A DNA stretch of 64,000 nucleotides, from the IMG/VR virus record IMGVR_UViG_3300042549_006728. One strand, written 5' to 3'. Both the position numbers and the translations under genes were made by a program. This document shows, piece by piece, positions 35,572 to 44,865 of this stretch. Origin of the DNA: a virus (taxonomy: Duplodnaviria > Heunggongvirae > Uroviricota > Caudoviricetes). Position 1 is the stretch's first letter. The number at the start of each line of letters is the position of its first letter. The notes under the pieces were generated by a model, which saw only the letters and a program-made list of their open reading frames with translations, was not told where the DNA came from and did no database searches.

Positions 35572-36066
35572 TTATACCATTAAAAATTGTTTCCATTCTT
35601 CTTTAATTATACCATTCATTCTTTCTATGAATTGGATGTATGTCGGAGTAAATGGTTTTCTTAAAAATACCATATCCGCTTCTTCAGGTGTTCTATCATC
35701 TTTTTTTAGATTGCATATTCCACAACAAGTAACTAAATTTTTCCAACTATTATCCCCACCTCTAGACTTAGGAAGAACATGATCGATAGTTAAATTTTTA
35801 TTTGTTCCACAGTATACACATTTATGTCCATCTCTCCTAAAAATATTAAATCTACTTAAAGGAACTTTTTTATATGGCATATAAATAAATCTATTTAATC
35901 TTATAACTGAAGGTCTATTAAAATTCTTAAAACTCGATATGATAGGGTTAGACTCGTCAGAATATACTATCTCCGCCTTTCCCTTGTAAACTAATTTAAA
36001 CCCTCTATTAAGTGTGGTTACATTTAATGGGGTATAGTCATTATTTAAAACTAATACCTTTTCCAT
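35572..36066 (-). CDS. HNH endonuclease
   Basis: HKCVYCGTNKNLTIDHVLPKSRGGDNSWKNLVTCCGICNLKK. Confidence 0.75.
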   Translation of the reverse strand: MEKVLVLNNDYTPLNVTTLNRGFKLVYKGKAEIVYSDESNPIISSFKNFNRPSVIRLNRFIYMPYKKVPLSRFNIFRRDGHKCVYCGTNKNLTIDHVLPKSRGGDNSWKNLVTCCGICNLKKDDRTPEEADMVFLRKPFTPTYIQFIERMNGIIKEEWKQFLMV

Positions 36067-36081
36067 AAAACTCTATTTTTT

Positions 36082-36702
36082 TTATAAATGGGATTGTAAA
36101 ATATCCCTACAATACATTTCTAAATTTGGGTACTCATTTAACACTTCTTTATTTAAAACCATACCCCCACTAAACTCTAATTCAGATTTGACAACATGTG
36201 TTTGGTTAAATTCATCATTCAATAGTTGGTTATATATTCTAACCCTCTTCGTGTTGAATAAATCTGTTTCTTCCCCCAATTTATAATCTGGTGCCCCAAA
36301 ATACCCAAAAGACGCATAAGGGTGATCCTTTAAAATATTTTTTATTTCACCTACTAATAATGAGAATATTTTAAAGGGGATATTCTCTTTAGTTTGGTAA
36401 CTATATTTATCATAAAACTTTTGTCCTTTATCTGCCAATCTTTGTTGTCTTACATAAAAATCAGTATTAAGTTTGGGGAAAAAAGAAATAAGGAAATAAT
36501 CATATTCATACTCCTCTATATGTACAATGTATTTGTATTTAGGAGTATGAAAAGTATACACTCTTAATTTTTTATACTTATTATCAGTCTTAGGATTTTG
36601 TGTTTGAACATATCTCCAACCAAACTTATCCCTAAGTTCATCCGATTGTTCTTGTGAAAATTTAATTTCGTTTAATATCCTTTTAATTTTTTTCTGTAAC
36701 AT
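36082..36702 (-). CDS. Hypothetical protein
   Basis: ORF only. Confidence 0.5.
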   Translation of the reverse strand: MLQKKIKRILNEIKFSQEQSDELRDKFGWRYVQTQNPKTDNKYKKLRVYTFHTPKYKYIVHIEEYEYDYFLISFFPKLNTDFYVRQQRLADKGQKFYDKYSYQTKENIPFKIFSLLVGEIKNILKDHPYASFGYFGAPDYKLGEETDLFNTKRVRIYNQLLNDEFNQTHVVKSELEFSGGMVLNKEVLNEYPNLEMYCRDILQSHL

Positions 36703-36880
36703 GATCTCTCTTCACCTTTAATTTCTCATTATATTCTGGCGAATCGAAAACTACCAAATCCCAATTACCGTAAAACTTTGGGTTAGTCATAGGACATTCA
36801 TTAGATTCCATAAGTTCTTTGTTAAACTTATCTGACATTTCTTTCGTATAATTTACAACAAATGGAAGTTTTGAGTTCAT
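36683..36880 (-). CDS. Hypothetical small protein
   Basis: ORF only. Confidence 0.4.
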   Translation of the reverse strand: MNSKLPFVVNYTKEMSDKFNKELMESNECPMTNPKFYGNWDLVVFDSPEYNEKLKVKRDHVTEKN

Positions 36881-36949
36881 AATCTTTTTATCTATAAAGT
36901 AAAATTAATAAAAAAATCCGAATCTGCCAAATTTTTTTATATAAATATT

Positions 36950-36985
36950 TGTTAAAAATAAAAAAGTCCCGAATTAACGGGACTT
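36950..36985 (-). terminator. Factor-independent terminator (minus strand) immediately downstream of the tmRNA
   Basis: aagtcccg-aattaa-cgggactt followed on the minus strand by TTTTTTATTTTT. Confidence 0.6.
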
Positions 36986-37051
36986 TAAAGGGCCGATAGG
37001 ATCACTATCAACTTCCACCACTTCGTTTTTAAGGAACAAAGAAACCTAATG

Positions 37052-37449
37052 TGGAGATGGAGGGAGTCGAACCCTCGTCCAATCAAATTGCCATTAAAAA
37101 TTCATTCACAAGCTTAGTTCATTTTTCTTAATGAACAAAATATTTGGTTTTATTTATAACATGGTTACCAACAACCCTGTTTCGATAATTGTTTAGAGAG
37201 TTTTACCGTCAACTCTATTTTTTACACCTTTCTGTTTCTAGGTAAGTGTGACCCACCGATTAAACTAATTCCATTAATTCAATCTCTTCAACCACCGCTG
37301 AGCGAGTGATAGAAGTTGGGATACTCATCATATCCTCTGTGTTGTATGCGTTTGCATTTATATTTTGATAGGTGTTTAAGGGTTTCCATCTAACCCTGCT
37401 TGCATCATTTCAAACTCAACCTTTGACTGTCAAATCCAAAACCATCCCC
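37052..37449 (-). ncRNA. ssrA: tmRNA (SsrA)
   Basis: 5' end GGGGATGGTTTTGGATTTGACAG..., 3' end ...GAGGG-TTCGACT-CCCTC-CATCTCC-A. Acceptor GGGGATG/CATCTCC with G3:U70. GCA-AAC-GCA-TAC... resume frame at about nt 95. About 398 nt. Confidence 0.8.
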
Positions 37450-37589
37450 AGTTTTCAAAGAACTTTTCTTTATTTTATCTTTAGTGTATAATATTCTATC
37501 CATCCATTCTCTATCATCATAACGATCTTTTTCTCTATATTTTTCGTCTTCGTATATTTTTTTAGATGCTCCCATATTTAACACTTATT

Positions 37590-37615
37590 ATATATATACA
37601 AATATATATACTTTT
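37590..37615 (-). promoter_or_regulatory. Promoter-like TAnnTTTG motif upstream of the tmRNA
   Basis: Minus-strand reading is TATATATTTGTATATATATAATAAG. Confidence 0.4.
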
Positions 37616-37643
37616 TTCCATAAAAACAAATATTTATAATAAA

Positions 37644-37976
37644 ATGTCATTAAAATTTTTAAATATAATAAACGAAGAAAAAGAAAGTTGCAAATATCAG
37701 ATTCGTGATATAGGTGGTGACGTATATTATAAAAAATGTAAGGGTAATTCTAAATGGATCTTTACTGATGAGGTGGACTTCTTAAAGAACTCTAAAAAAT
37801 CTAATATAGAAAAATGGGAGAAACCTAAAGAAAAAAAATCCAAAATTAGACAATTAGATGTCCCACAAAAAAAAGGGAATAAATTAGAAGATTTAAAAAT
37901 CTATTATACTAATCTATCCCCAGATAATTATGAAATCAAAATAGAAGGTGGTAAAATTATAATTCTTCCATCTTAA
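37644..37976 (+). CDS. Hypothetical protein (plus strand; start moved to the internal ATG)
   Basis: The ORF track starts at 37566 inside the tmRNA promoter region. The MSLKFLNI start at 37644 is more plausible. Confidence 0.4.
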   Translation: MSLKFLNIINEEKESCKYQIRDIGGDVYYKKCKGNSKWIFTDEVDFLKNSKKSNIEKWEKPKEKKSKIRQLDVPQKKGNKLEDLKIYYTNLSPDNYEIKIEGGKIIILPS

Positions 37977-38235
37977 TTTCTAAATCTTTAAAAGAATCAT
38001 AATCGAATAAATCACTTTTCAAAAGATCAAAAACATCTTTAATCATTTTACCTTGCGTTTTATGATCTAAACCCTCACAAGCAATTTTAGTAGTCATAAC
38101 TAATCCACTAACCATAATTGATAATAACTCAAATTTTGTTGGTCCTGAATCACCTTCATACATTTCAAAATTTAAATATAATCTACCGTCTTCTTTTACT
38201 TCAGAAACAATAGTAACTTTTTTTTTACCTTTCAT
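37957..38235 (-). CDS. Hypothetical protein
   Basis: ORF only. Confidence 0.45.
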   Translation of the reverse strand: MKGKKKVTIVSEVKEDGRLYLNFEMYEGDSGPTKFELLSIMVSGLVMTTKIACEGLDHKTQGKMIKDVFDLLKSDLFDYDSFKDLEIKMEEL

Positions 38236-38236
38236 C

Positions 38237-38725
38237 TTAAACGATTTCTTCGATTATACCAATTAATTCACTAACAACTAATAAAGTTGTTGCAACAATT
38301 AAGTTATATGGTATAAAACAATACCCAACTATCCTAACACCAGATTTAATAAAAGATATTATCTGATGCCACTTTTGATTTGGTATCTTATCAATGTCTT
38401 TATCACTTTTATAATATTCCACTTTTTGTATCATTTTATCCCTATAAGAATTTAATGGGTTCTTTTTACCCGTCAATTCCTCATAAAAAGGATTTAACTC
38501 ACCAGTTTGTGGATCGTGTGTGGGAATCTCAAAATTAGTTTTCCAATTAGAAGATTCATTATCATTTAAATTAGATGCGATTTCAATATTACTTAAAACT
38601 ACCCCAACATTTTCATAGTTAGGTACTGGTGTATTAAGTATCTCTTCTGATAAGACATCAAATAATCTTTTAACATCCTCACCAATAAATTCTAATCTTC
38701 TTTTATAATCATTTTCTCTTTTCAT
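38237..38725 (-). CDS. Hypothetical protein (C-terminal TM)
   Basis: ORF only. Confidence 0.5.
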   Translation of the reverse strand: MKRENDYKRRLEFIGEDVKRLFDVLSEEILNTPVPNYENVGVVLSNIEIASNLNDNESSNWKTNFEIPTHDPQTGELNPFYEELTGKKNPLNSYRDKMIQKVEYYKSDKDIDKIPNQKWHQIISFIKSGVRIVGYCFIPYNLIVATTLLVVSELIGIIEEIV

Positions 38726-39104
38726 AAGGTTCTTTCATTTGAATTTTAATCATCAAACTTGTTACTTCTTCAGGTGATAACCAACCCTCAACCTCTATAC
38801 TATCATCAGAAAGAGGAAACCCTACCTCAAATGTTTTAACACCATCACCATATAAACCTTGACCACCACCAATTACAGAAGCATAGTGTCCATTGTCGAA
38901 ATTTAATACCGACTGAACTGCACCTTCCATCCATTCATTTCCGTGTTTCCCAAATTTTAAATCGGAAAACGTTTTAAGATCGTTAGGATATAATTCTTTA
39001 ATGAAATTAAAATCATAACCCATTTCATTATGTAAAATACTAAATTTTTCGTAGTTAGGTTTACCACTCAAATAATCTAATAATTTTTGTGTCAGTTTTT
39101 CCAT
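38709..39104 (-). CDS. Hypothetical protein
   Basis: ORF only. Confidence 0.5.
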   Translation of the reverse strand: MEKLTQKLLDYLSGKPNYEKFSILHNEMGYDFNFIKELYPNDLKTFSDLKFGKHGNEWMEGAVQSVLNFDNGHYASVIGGGQGLYGDGVKTFEVGFPLSDDSIEVEGWLSPEEVTSLMIKIQMKEPYEKRK

Positions 39105-39154
39105 AGTTTAAAATTATTGGTAAATATAAGTAAAATAGTTTAATAAAAAAAATT

Positions 39155-39580
39155 TTATTGTAAATTATTAATCTTATCATAAATTTTATGGAGTGTATTA
39201 TCTATCTGAGATTTAATCTGATTTTCATACATTATCCTTTCCTCATCCACTTTTTTATCAAAATGGTTAACTAATTTAACTATATCTTTTTTGGGTAATG
39301 TAATTACATAATGATATACGTGATTAGTTATTTCAACTTTACTATCTTCCATTATCACAAAAATATCAATAGTTTTATTCACTAGATATCTCTTATTAGA
39401 TAATGGGGCAATTGTATATTTAGTATCTTTGTGATTTATAGTCTTTCTAACTATTGCAGTACATATAGCTTCATAACCTGTATATTCAAACTTATCTTTA
39501 AAAATAGATGCTTCAAATAATTTATAGTTAACAACTATTTTTTTAAGTTTTTTTCTTAAATAATTTTTAAACCAACCCAT
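39155..39580 (-). CDS. Hypothetical protein
   Basis: ORF only. Confidence 0.5.
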   Translation of the reverse strand: MGWFKNYLRKKLKKIVVNYKLFEASIFKDKFEYTGYEAICTAIVRKTINHKDTKYTIAPLSNKRYLVNKTIDIFVIMEDSKVEITNHVYHYVITLPKKDIVKLVNHFDKKVDEERIMYENQIKSQIDNTLHKIYDKINNLQ

Positions 39581-39581
39581 A

Positions 39582-40487
39582 TTATTTATTTTCTTTATAA
39601 AGTTTCAATAGTCTTTCTTTAGCGTAATCACAATAATCCTCAACTAAATCAATCCCTATATACTGTCTTCCCATTTTAGATGACGCATACGGTGTAGTTC
39701 CTGTACCTGAAAAATTATCTAAAACAATATCATTCGGTTTAGAATATAAGTCAATAAAATAATTTGCGAACTCTGTTGAGAAAGTTGCTTCGTGTCCTTC
39801 TACTTTACCATCATTATTTTTAGCCTCTATAAAATTATAATAGGTATTAAAATATTTTTGTCCTGTTTTAGAAAGTGACGATACTATTTTATTGGTGGCA
39901 AAATTAGGTGTTTTCGCAAATATATAAACCATCTCAACAATTCTAGTTAACCTATTTGGTTGACCACTTAATGGTACACAAGATTTCTTTTTCCAAGCTG
40001 CGGTATCATATATCTCTAATGAAGTGTTTTCAAATACTTCGTTAATTAATAGATAGGGTAACGATGGATTAAATGTAGTGTAACTATAATTAAATACGAT
40101 TACACCATCATCAGTTAATATCCTTTCATATTGTTTAAAAACATCTATTAACCAACTAATGTATTCTTTAACAGGTTGGTTATCCTTTATAAGGTCTTTC
40201 GCACCTGGATATTTATGATTATCTTTTCTTATAGATGCTAAATAGGGTGGAGATGTTAAAATTAAATTAATACTCTTATCTTTAATTTTTTTCATTGTCT
40301 CAACAGTATCTCCACAGTATATCTGATTGGTTATTAATCCAACATCTACAGAATTAACAACATTAGTTACTTCTTCAGTAGTGTCAACAATAACGTCATT
40401 TTGTTTATCGATAATAATTTTTTCCATAGTAATTTCATCAAACAAACTTAATTGTTCATTTTTTCTTTTTTTAGGTATTCTTCCCAT
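39582..40487 (-). CDS. DNA methyltransferase (N6A/N4C, beta class)
   Basis: LTSPPYL catalytic motif and C-terminal FSGTGTT. Confidence 0.8.
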   Translation of the reverse strand: MGRIPKKRKNEQLSLFDEITMEKIIIDKQNDVIVDTTEEVTNVVNSVDVGLITNQIYCGDTVETMKKIKDKSINLILTSPPYLASIRKDNHKYPGAKDLIKDNQPVKEYISWLIDVFKQYERILTDDGVIVFNYSYTTFNPSLPYLLINEVFENTSLEIYDTAAWKKKSCVPLSGQPNRLTRIVEMVYIFAKTPNFATNKIVSSLSKTGQKYFNTYYNFIEAKNNDGKVEGHEATFSTEFANYFIDLYSKPNDIVLDNFSGTGTTPYASSKMGRQYIGIDLVEDYCDYAKERLLKLYKENK

Positions 40488-40492
40488 AATAA

Positions 40493-41401
40493 TTAAAATA
40501 TATGTTTAAATAAATCTAACTGAGTCCCATATGGTGGTAATATATATTTGTTTTCACCATAATTCATAATGAGGATTTCTTGACCCATATTTTGTTTAAC
40601 CCCACTTTTAGCGGCTGCCGCCTTTGCAAACTCTTTTGTTTCCCAAACATAATCGTTTTTAGGGAACCATTCCCTAAGTAATGGGAAATCATAATAACTT
40701 AAAGAGAATTTACCCTTTATAGATTTTAACGAAATTGCTAACCTTTCGTGATCACTTCTATCAAAATCATGATTAGAATAATAATTTTCTGTTTTCCAAT
40801 AAGGTGGATCCACATAAAAATAAGTTGTTTCTGAATCATACTTCTGTATTACATCATTAAAATCTAAATTTTCAACAAATGAAATCCTATCAAAGTGTTC
40901 TCTATATTTTGGATCTTTTAATTTGTCCATAAAAATTAAAATCTTACATCTATATTTACCTTTATAATCCATATAATTAGATGTTTCAGGTTTAGATCCA
41001 GAAAATATTTGTGTTAAGACATACACATATTTTGCAGCAATTTCATATTTATTTTCTTCAGTAATTGGAATACCAAAGGAACCGAATAATTCCTTTTGGT
41101 ATTCCGCAAACATTTCTGAATAAATTTGAGGTGTTTCTGATATACCTAATTGTTGGCAAGGATAGTTTGAAAGTTCATCCCATAACCTATCATAGTCTTT
41201 ACAACAATTTAATAGATTCGCATTTAACCCATTAAAATCATTATAGACAACTGTTTTAAGATTTGGGTACTTTTTCAAATCCATCTTAAAGAATACCCAA
41301 AACATACCACTAAATGGTTCAACATATGTTTCTATGTCTTCTGAAATAAATGGAACGATCCATTTAGATATTCTCGCCTTACCTCCAATATAACTTATCA
41401 T
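40493..41401 (-). CDS. Dam-family DNA adenine methyltransferase
   Basis: MISYIGGKARI...VEPFSGMF N-terminus and a VDPPY motif. Confidence 0.8.
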   Translation of the reverse strand: MISYIGGKARISKWIVPFISEDIETYVEPFSGMFWVFFKMDLKKYPNLKTVVYNDFNGLNANLLNCCKDYDRLWDELSNYPCQQLGISETPQIYSEMFAEYQKELFGSFGIPITEENKYEIAAKYVYVLTQIFSGSKPETSNYMDYKGKYRCKILIFMDKLKDPKYREHFDRISFVENLDFNDVIQKYDSETTYFYVDPPYWKTENYYSNHDFDRSDHERLAISLKSIKGKFSLSYYDFPLLREWFPKNDYVWETKEFAKAAAAKSGVKQNMGQEILIMNYGENKYILPPYGTQLDLFKHIF

Positions 41402-41610
41402 TAGTCTCTTCTACTTTTTTCGATATGCATTTTTATTCTCTCAACTTTTTGAAGTAGGAATTCTCTATCTTCACTACTGAGTTCAATGGTTTCTGACCAT
41501 TTCATTCCTAACACACTCATCAACTCCCAATTCTTTTCTTGTATCGATAAAGTGGGATCTGTAGCGAGTTTATTTATCGTATTTTCATTATTTGACTGCA
41601 TCTTCTTCAA
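41401..41610 (-). CDS. Hypothetical small protein
   Basis: ORF only. Confidence 0.4.
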   Translation of the reverse strand: MKKMQSNNENTINKLATDPTLSIQEKNWELMSVLGMKWSETIELSSEDREFLLQKVERIKMHIEKSRRD

Positions 41611-42013
41611 TTTGTTTTTGTTCTAAAAGTACTGAGATACTTTCTTTTATTGACTGGTACGTATCTATACCGTATTTTCTTAATACCCCACTAAATGTAC
41701 TTACATCAGGATTGATAATTGTAATTTTATCTTTATCCATATCATATACAATCTTAGCTAAAAGATCATTTACGACATATTCTTTTTGGGTGTCCTCCAA
41801 CTGATCAAATATTGGTTCGTTAACTTGAATTATGATATCATAATCAGTCATATATTTTACAATATCTTGTGATTTATTTACCAAACCAAAATCTTTCTTT
41901 ATTTTGTTATTAGATAAGATTTTAATTTTAATAAATTTAGGAATGGAACTTTCATTAATGTGTTTTTGAAACAATTCCAAAGTGTCTTCAAAAACTTCTT
42001 CAAATTTTGACAT
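41588..42013 (-). CDS. Hypothetical protein
   Basis: ORF only. Confidence 0.5.
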   Translation of the reverse strand: MSKFEEVFEDTLELFQKHINESSIPKFIKIKILSNNKIKKDFGLVNKSQDIVKYMTDYDIIIQVNEPIFDQLEDTQKEYVVNDLLAKIVYDMDKDKITIINPDVSTFSGVLRKYGIDTYQSIKESISVLLEQKQIEEDAVK

Positions 42014-42068
42014 ATTTTTTTATTTTTTAATTATTAATGGACAATATTAATCATTTATTTTCATAATA

Positions 42069-43064
42069 TCAAATTTTTAATGATTTTATTTTTTCTTTTT
42101 CTTCTTTATCTATATTTGAAGGTATGTCAACCCATATTTCTAATAACATATCCCCTGTCATATTATCCCTTACAAACCCTTTATTAGGAACTCTTAACAT
42201 TGTACCTACTTTAGTACCTGAAGATATTTTAAATCTTATTTTTTTATCCATAGTATCTACCTCAATAGAATCATTACCTAATACTAAATCCTTATAGGAA
42301 AGATTTACTTTCTGGTATATGTCTAATCCCACCCTTTTAAATTTTTCATGTAGAATTTGTACTACATTAATTAATAAGTCACCTTCTAAACCATTCCTAA
42401 TTGCGTTACCCATATTATAAACTCTCAATGTTTCACCATCCATAATTCCTTTAGGTGTATCAAATTCAAATGTCTTATCTTCTTTAATTACACCATTACC
42501 TACACAGGTACCACATTTTTTTGTAATTATATTCCCTTCACCATTACACTTAGGACAGTGAACAGTACTCTGCATTTTACCAAATGGGGTATTCTGAACT
42601 TGATTAACCATACCAATCCCATTACAAGTGTCACAACTAATACTATCACCACCAGTCCCACCACAAGGTGTACATTTTACAAATTTTTTATATATAATTT
42701 TTTTATTCGACCCATTATATATTTCTTCTAAAGTGAGTTTAAGATTTATCCTTATGTCCCCGCCTTTGGATCTCCTATTCTTAATACTACCGTAAAAAGA
42801 GGATAATATGTCTTCCATATTATCACCAGCAAATGGATTAGTCCTACCATCTGCAGTACCAAACCTATCATAATTTAATTTTTTTTCTTTATCGGACAAT
42901 ACCGAATACGCTTCCGCAATAGATTTAAATTTTTCTTCTGACTCTTTATTATCTGGATTTAGATCTGGATGATGTTCTTTAGATAGTTTCCTATACGCCT
43001 TTTTTATTTCAGTTTCATCGGCATTTTTACCCACACCTAAAATATTATAATAATCTTTACTCAT
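42069..43064 (-). CDS. dnaJ: DnaJ (Hsp40) co-chaperone
   Basis: J domain [30 protein letters not shown] and a CxxCxGxG zinc-finger repeat region. Confidence 0.85.
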   Translation of the reverse strand: MSKDYYNILGVGKNADETEIKKAYRKLSKEHHPDLNPDNKESEEKFKSIAEAYSVLSDKEKKLNYDRFGTADGRTNPFAGDNMEDILSSFYGSIKNRRSKGGDIRINLKLTLEEIYNGSNKKIIYKKFVKCTPCGGTGGDSISCDTCNGIGMVNQVQNTPFGKMQSTVHCPKCNGEGNIITKKCGTCVGNGVIKEDKTFEFDTPKGIMDGETLRVYNMGNAIRNGLEGDLLINVVQILHEKFKRVGLDIYQKVNLSYKDLVLGNDSIEVDTMDKKIRFKISSGTKVGTMLRVPNKGFVRDNMTGDMLLEIWVDIPSNIDKEEKEKIKSLKI

Positions 43065-43118
43065 TCTTTATATTTATTTTTTATAAATTATAAGTATTTT
43101 TAATTAAAAAATAAAGGT

Positions 43119-43769
43119 ATGGTGTATAGAATTATTATTACCCAGAATGGTAAGAAAAGAAAAATACTTTATGAGGGGAGAAATGAGAATACTGCAAAGG
43201 AAAAATACTTTTCCTCAAAAGATGAAAATATAGTTTTATTACCTAAAAAAAACAATACATATAAGAAAATTAAACCAGTGAGTTTTGAAATTCTTTTATT
43301 GAAAGAAAAGGAATGGAATGATGTGGATTACTTTGATAGGGATGACTTAGGTAGAACTATACCTGTAACATTAAATAGTGATAAATGGAACTTAATACAT
43401 AAATCAGAATATTTTTATGAGGAGAAATTTAGTGTGTTTGGTTATAAAGAAAGGATGGACACTAAAAAAATATTAAAACTTTTTTTACTTAATAGAACTA
43501 AAGAAGATAAAATTAAACAAGTTAATTACATTAACAATAAATTATTAATATATCAGAATTATGATTTTGATATAATTATCTGTAAAAATTCTTATGATAC
43601 TAAAAGACTATACAATGTCCTTATTGAATTTTGTGAAACGAATAATGTGGATAACATTTTATTTACGGGATCAGTAAATAAAAAAAATAGGACTAAAACT
43701 TATAAAAGAATTGTAGAAAAAACTGGGTGGACAATTAATAAAACTTATAGATCATCCACCCGTCCTTAA
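43119..43769 (+). CDS. Hypothetical protein (plus strand)
   Basis: 216-aa ORF in a strand-switch region. Confidence 0.5.
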   Translation: MVYRIIITQNGKKRKILYEGRNENTAKEKYFSSKDENIVLLPKKNNTYKKIKPVSFEILLLKEKEWNDVDYFDRDDLGRTIPVTLNSDKWNLIHKSEYFYEEKFSVFGYKERMDTKKILKLFLLNRTKEDKIKQVNYINNKLLIYQNYDFDIIICKNSYDTKRLYNVLIEFCETNNVDNILFTGSVNKKNRTKTYKRIVEKTGWTINKTYRSSTRP

Positions 43770-44243
43770 TTATTCTACTCCCACTTGAAATTTATTTGAT
43801 ATATCCTCAATTAAATCATTAAGTCTATCAAACTCACTCTCATCTTTAATGTGGACAGGGTTAATACACTTAATTTCTTCCTTATCATCGGTAGGTAAAA
43901 AGAATAGTCTAACTTCATCCCCTTTATTTTCCAAATAGGTTCTCACACTCTCACCATAAGTTTCTATCATCTCCCTATTGGCAAATAAATCTCTCTGTAA
44001 GTAAAAAACTAAAATTAAAGGTGTGTAACTACTATTTTGTGTTTTAAATTTCTCTAACGTAACGTATTCGATATCCTTAGTCGATACATCATATGTTTCA
44101 CTTAACATATTTTCTTTTTGAGTTCTATCTTCTTCACCAACCGCATCTTTACATTCGATAGGATTTCCGTTATCATCATTTACATAAATTAAATAATGTC
44201 TAATCCCTTTTTCTAATCTGTTATTTTTAGTAACAATTTTCAT
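43770..44243 (-). CDS. Hypothetical protein
   Basis: ORF only. Confidence 0.5.
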   Translation of the reverse strand: MKIVTKNNRLEKGIRHYLIYVNDDNGNPIECKDAVGEEDRTQKENMLSETYDVSTKDIEYVTLEKFKTQNSSYTPLILVFYLQRDLFANREMIETYGESVRTYLENKGDEVRLFFLPTDDKEEIKCINPVHIKDESEFDRLNDLIEDISNKFQVGVE

Positions 44244-44307
44244 AAATTATATTTTGTCAATTTTATTATTTTAAATAATTTTAATAAAAATATTTTAAAC
44301 TGTAAAT

Positions 44308-44349
44308 GTTATAAAATAAAAAAGGGAAAGTATTTCTACTCTCCCTTTT
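44308..44349 (-). terminator. Factor-independent terminator (minus strand) closing the rsr transcription unit
   Basis: aaaggga...tcccttt hairpin followed on the minus strand by TTTTATTTTAT. Confidence 0.55.
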
Positions 44350-44865
44350 AAATTTTGGTGTCGGAATGGTGATCCTTCTTTTATTTTCGGTGGTAGAGTA
44401 CCCACCCTAAGTATTTTAATCCGTTCTAGTTCGGATGTCTTATTATTTAGTTGAGACAAAACCAACTACTATTTTTTACTTGTAGTAAACAAGAGGTATG
44501 TTTTACGACCTAAAGTGTAGGGGTTTCCTACGTTTAAACTCTCCTATGGTCGCCACTTTATATTTTTTTTCGAGTAAAGTGGTAAAACTCTGATCTATCT
44601 GCTTTTTTTCTAGTAAGTGTTTGCAGAAACCATTCGTTTATCGGACTTAAAGGGAATTCGTATATTCCCAATCCATTACACCTAATAACATTGTGGTATC
44701 GGAATTGTCTGACACTTTACATAACTCTGAGTGGTCCCCCGCTTTCACGGTTTACACCCTTATGGTTATATGGGTTATCAAAGCCCCTCTTTCTTAGCTG
44801 AATTGTAGTTTTTTAATTTTGCTGCAATTATTCCTTAGCTACCACAAATATTTTCAAAGAACTTA
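44350..44865 (-). ncRNA. Structured non-coding region 3' of rsr; candidate Y RNA locus
   Basis: About 516 nt with no long ORF, between the rsr stop and the terminator. Local GC enrichment and multiple perfect hairpins (GGGAAT-ATACGA-ATTCCC, GGTGG-GTACTCTA-CCACC, CCACTTTA...TAAAGTGG) plus a GTCCGA motif. Confidence 0.35.

Noticed and set aside
44321-44650. Possible RNase P RNA on the plus strand (GGAAAGT at 44325 and CAGAAACC...TTATCGG about 300 nt later).
   Set aside because: Only two short motif matches. There is no GC-rich P1-P3 region upstream, which is AT-rich, and the P4 pairing would be only 5 bp. More likely these are chance matches within the candidate Y RNA locus.
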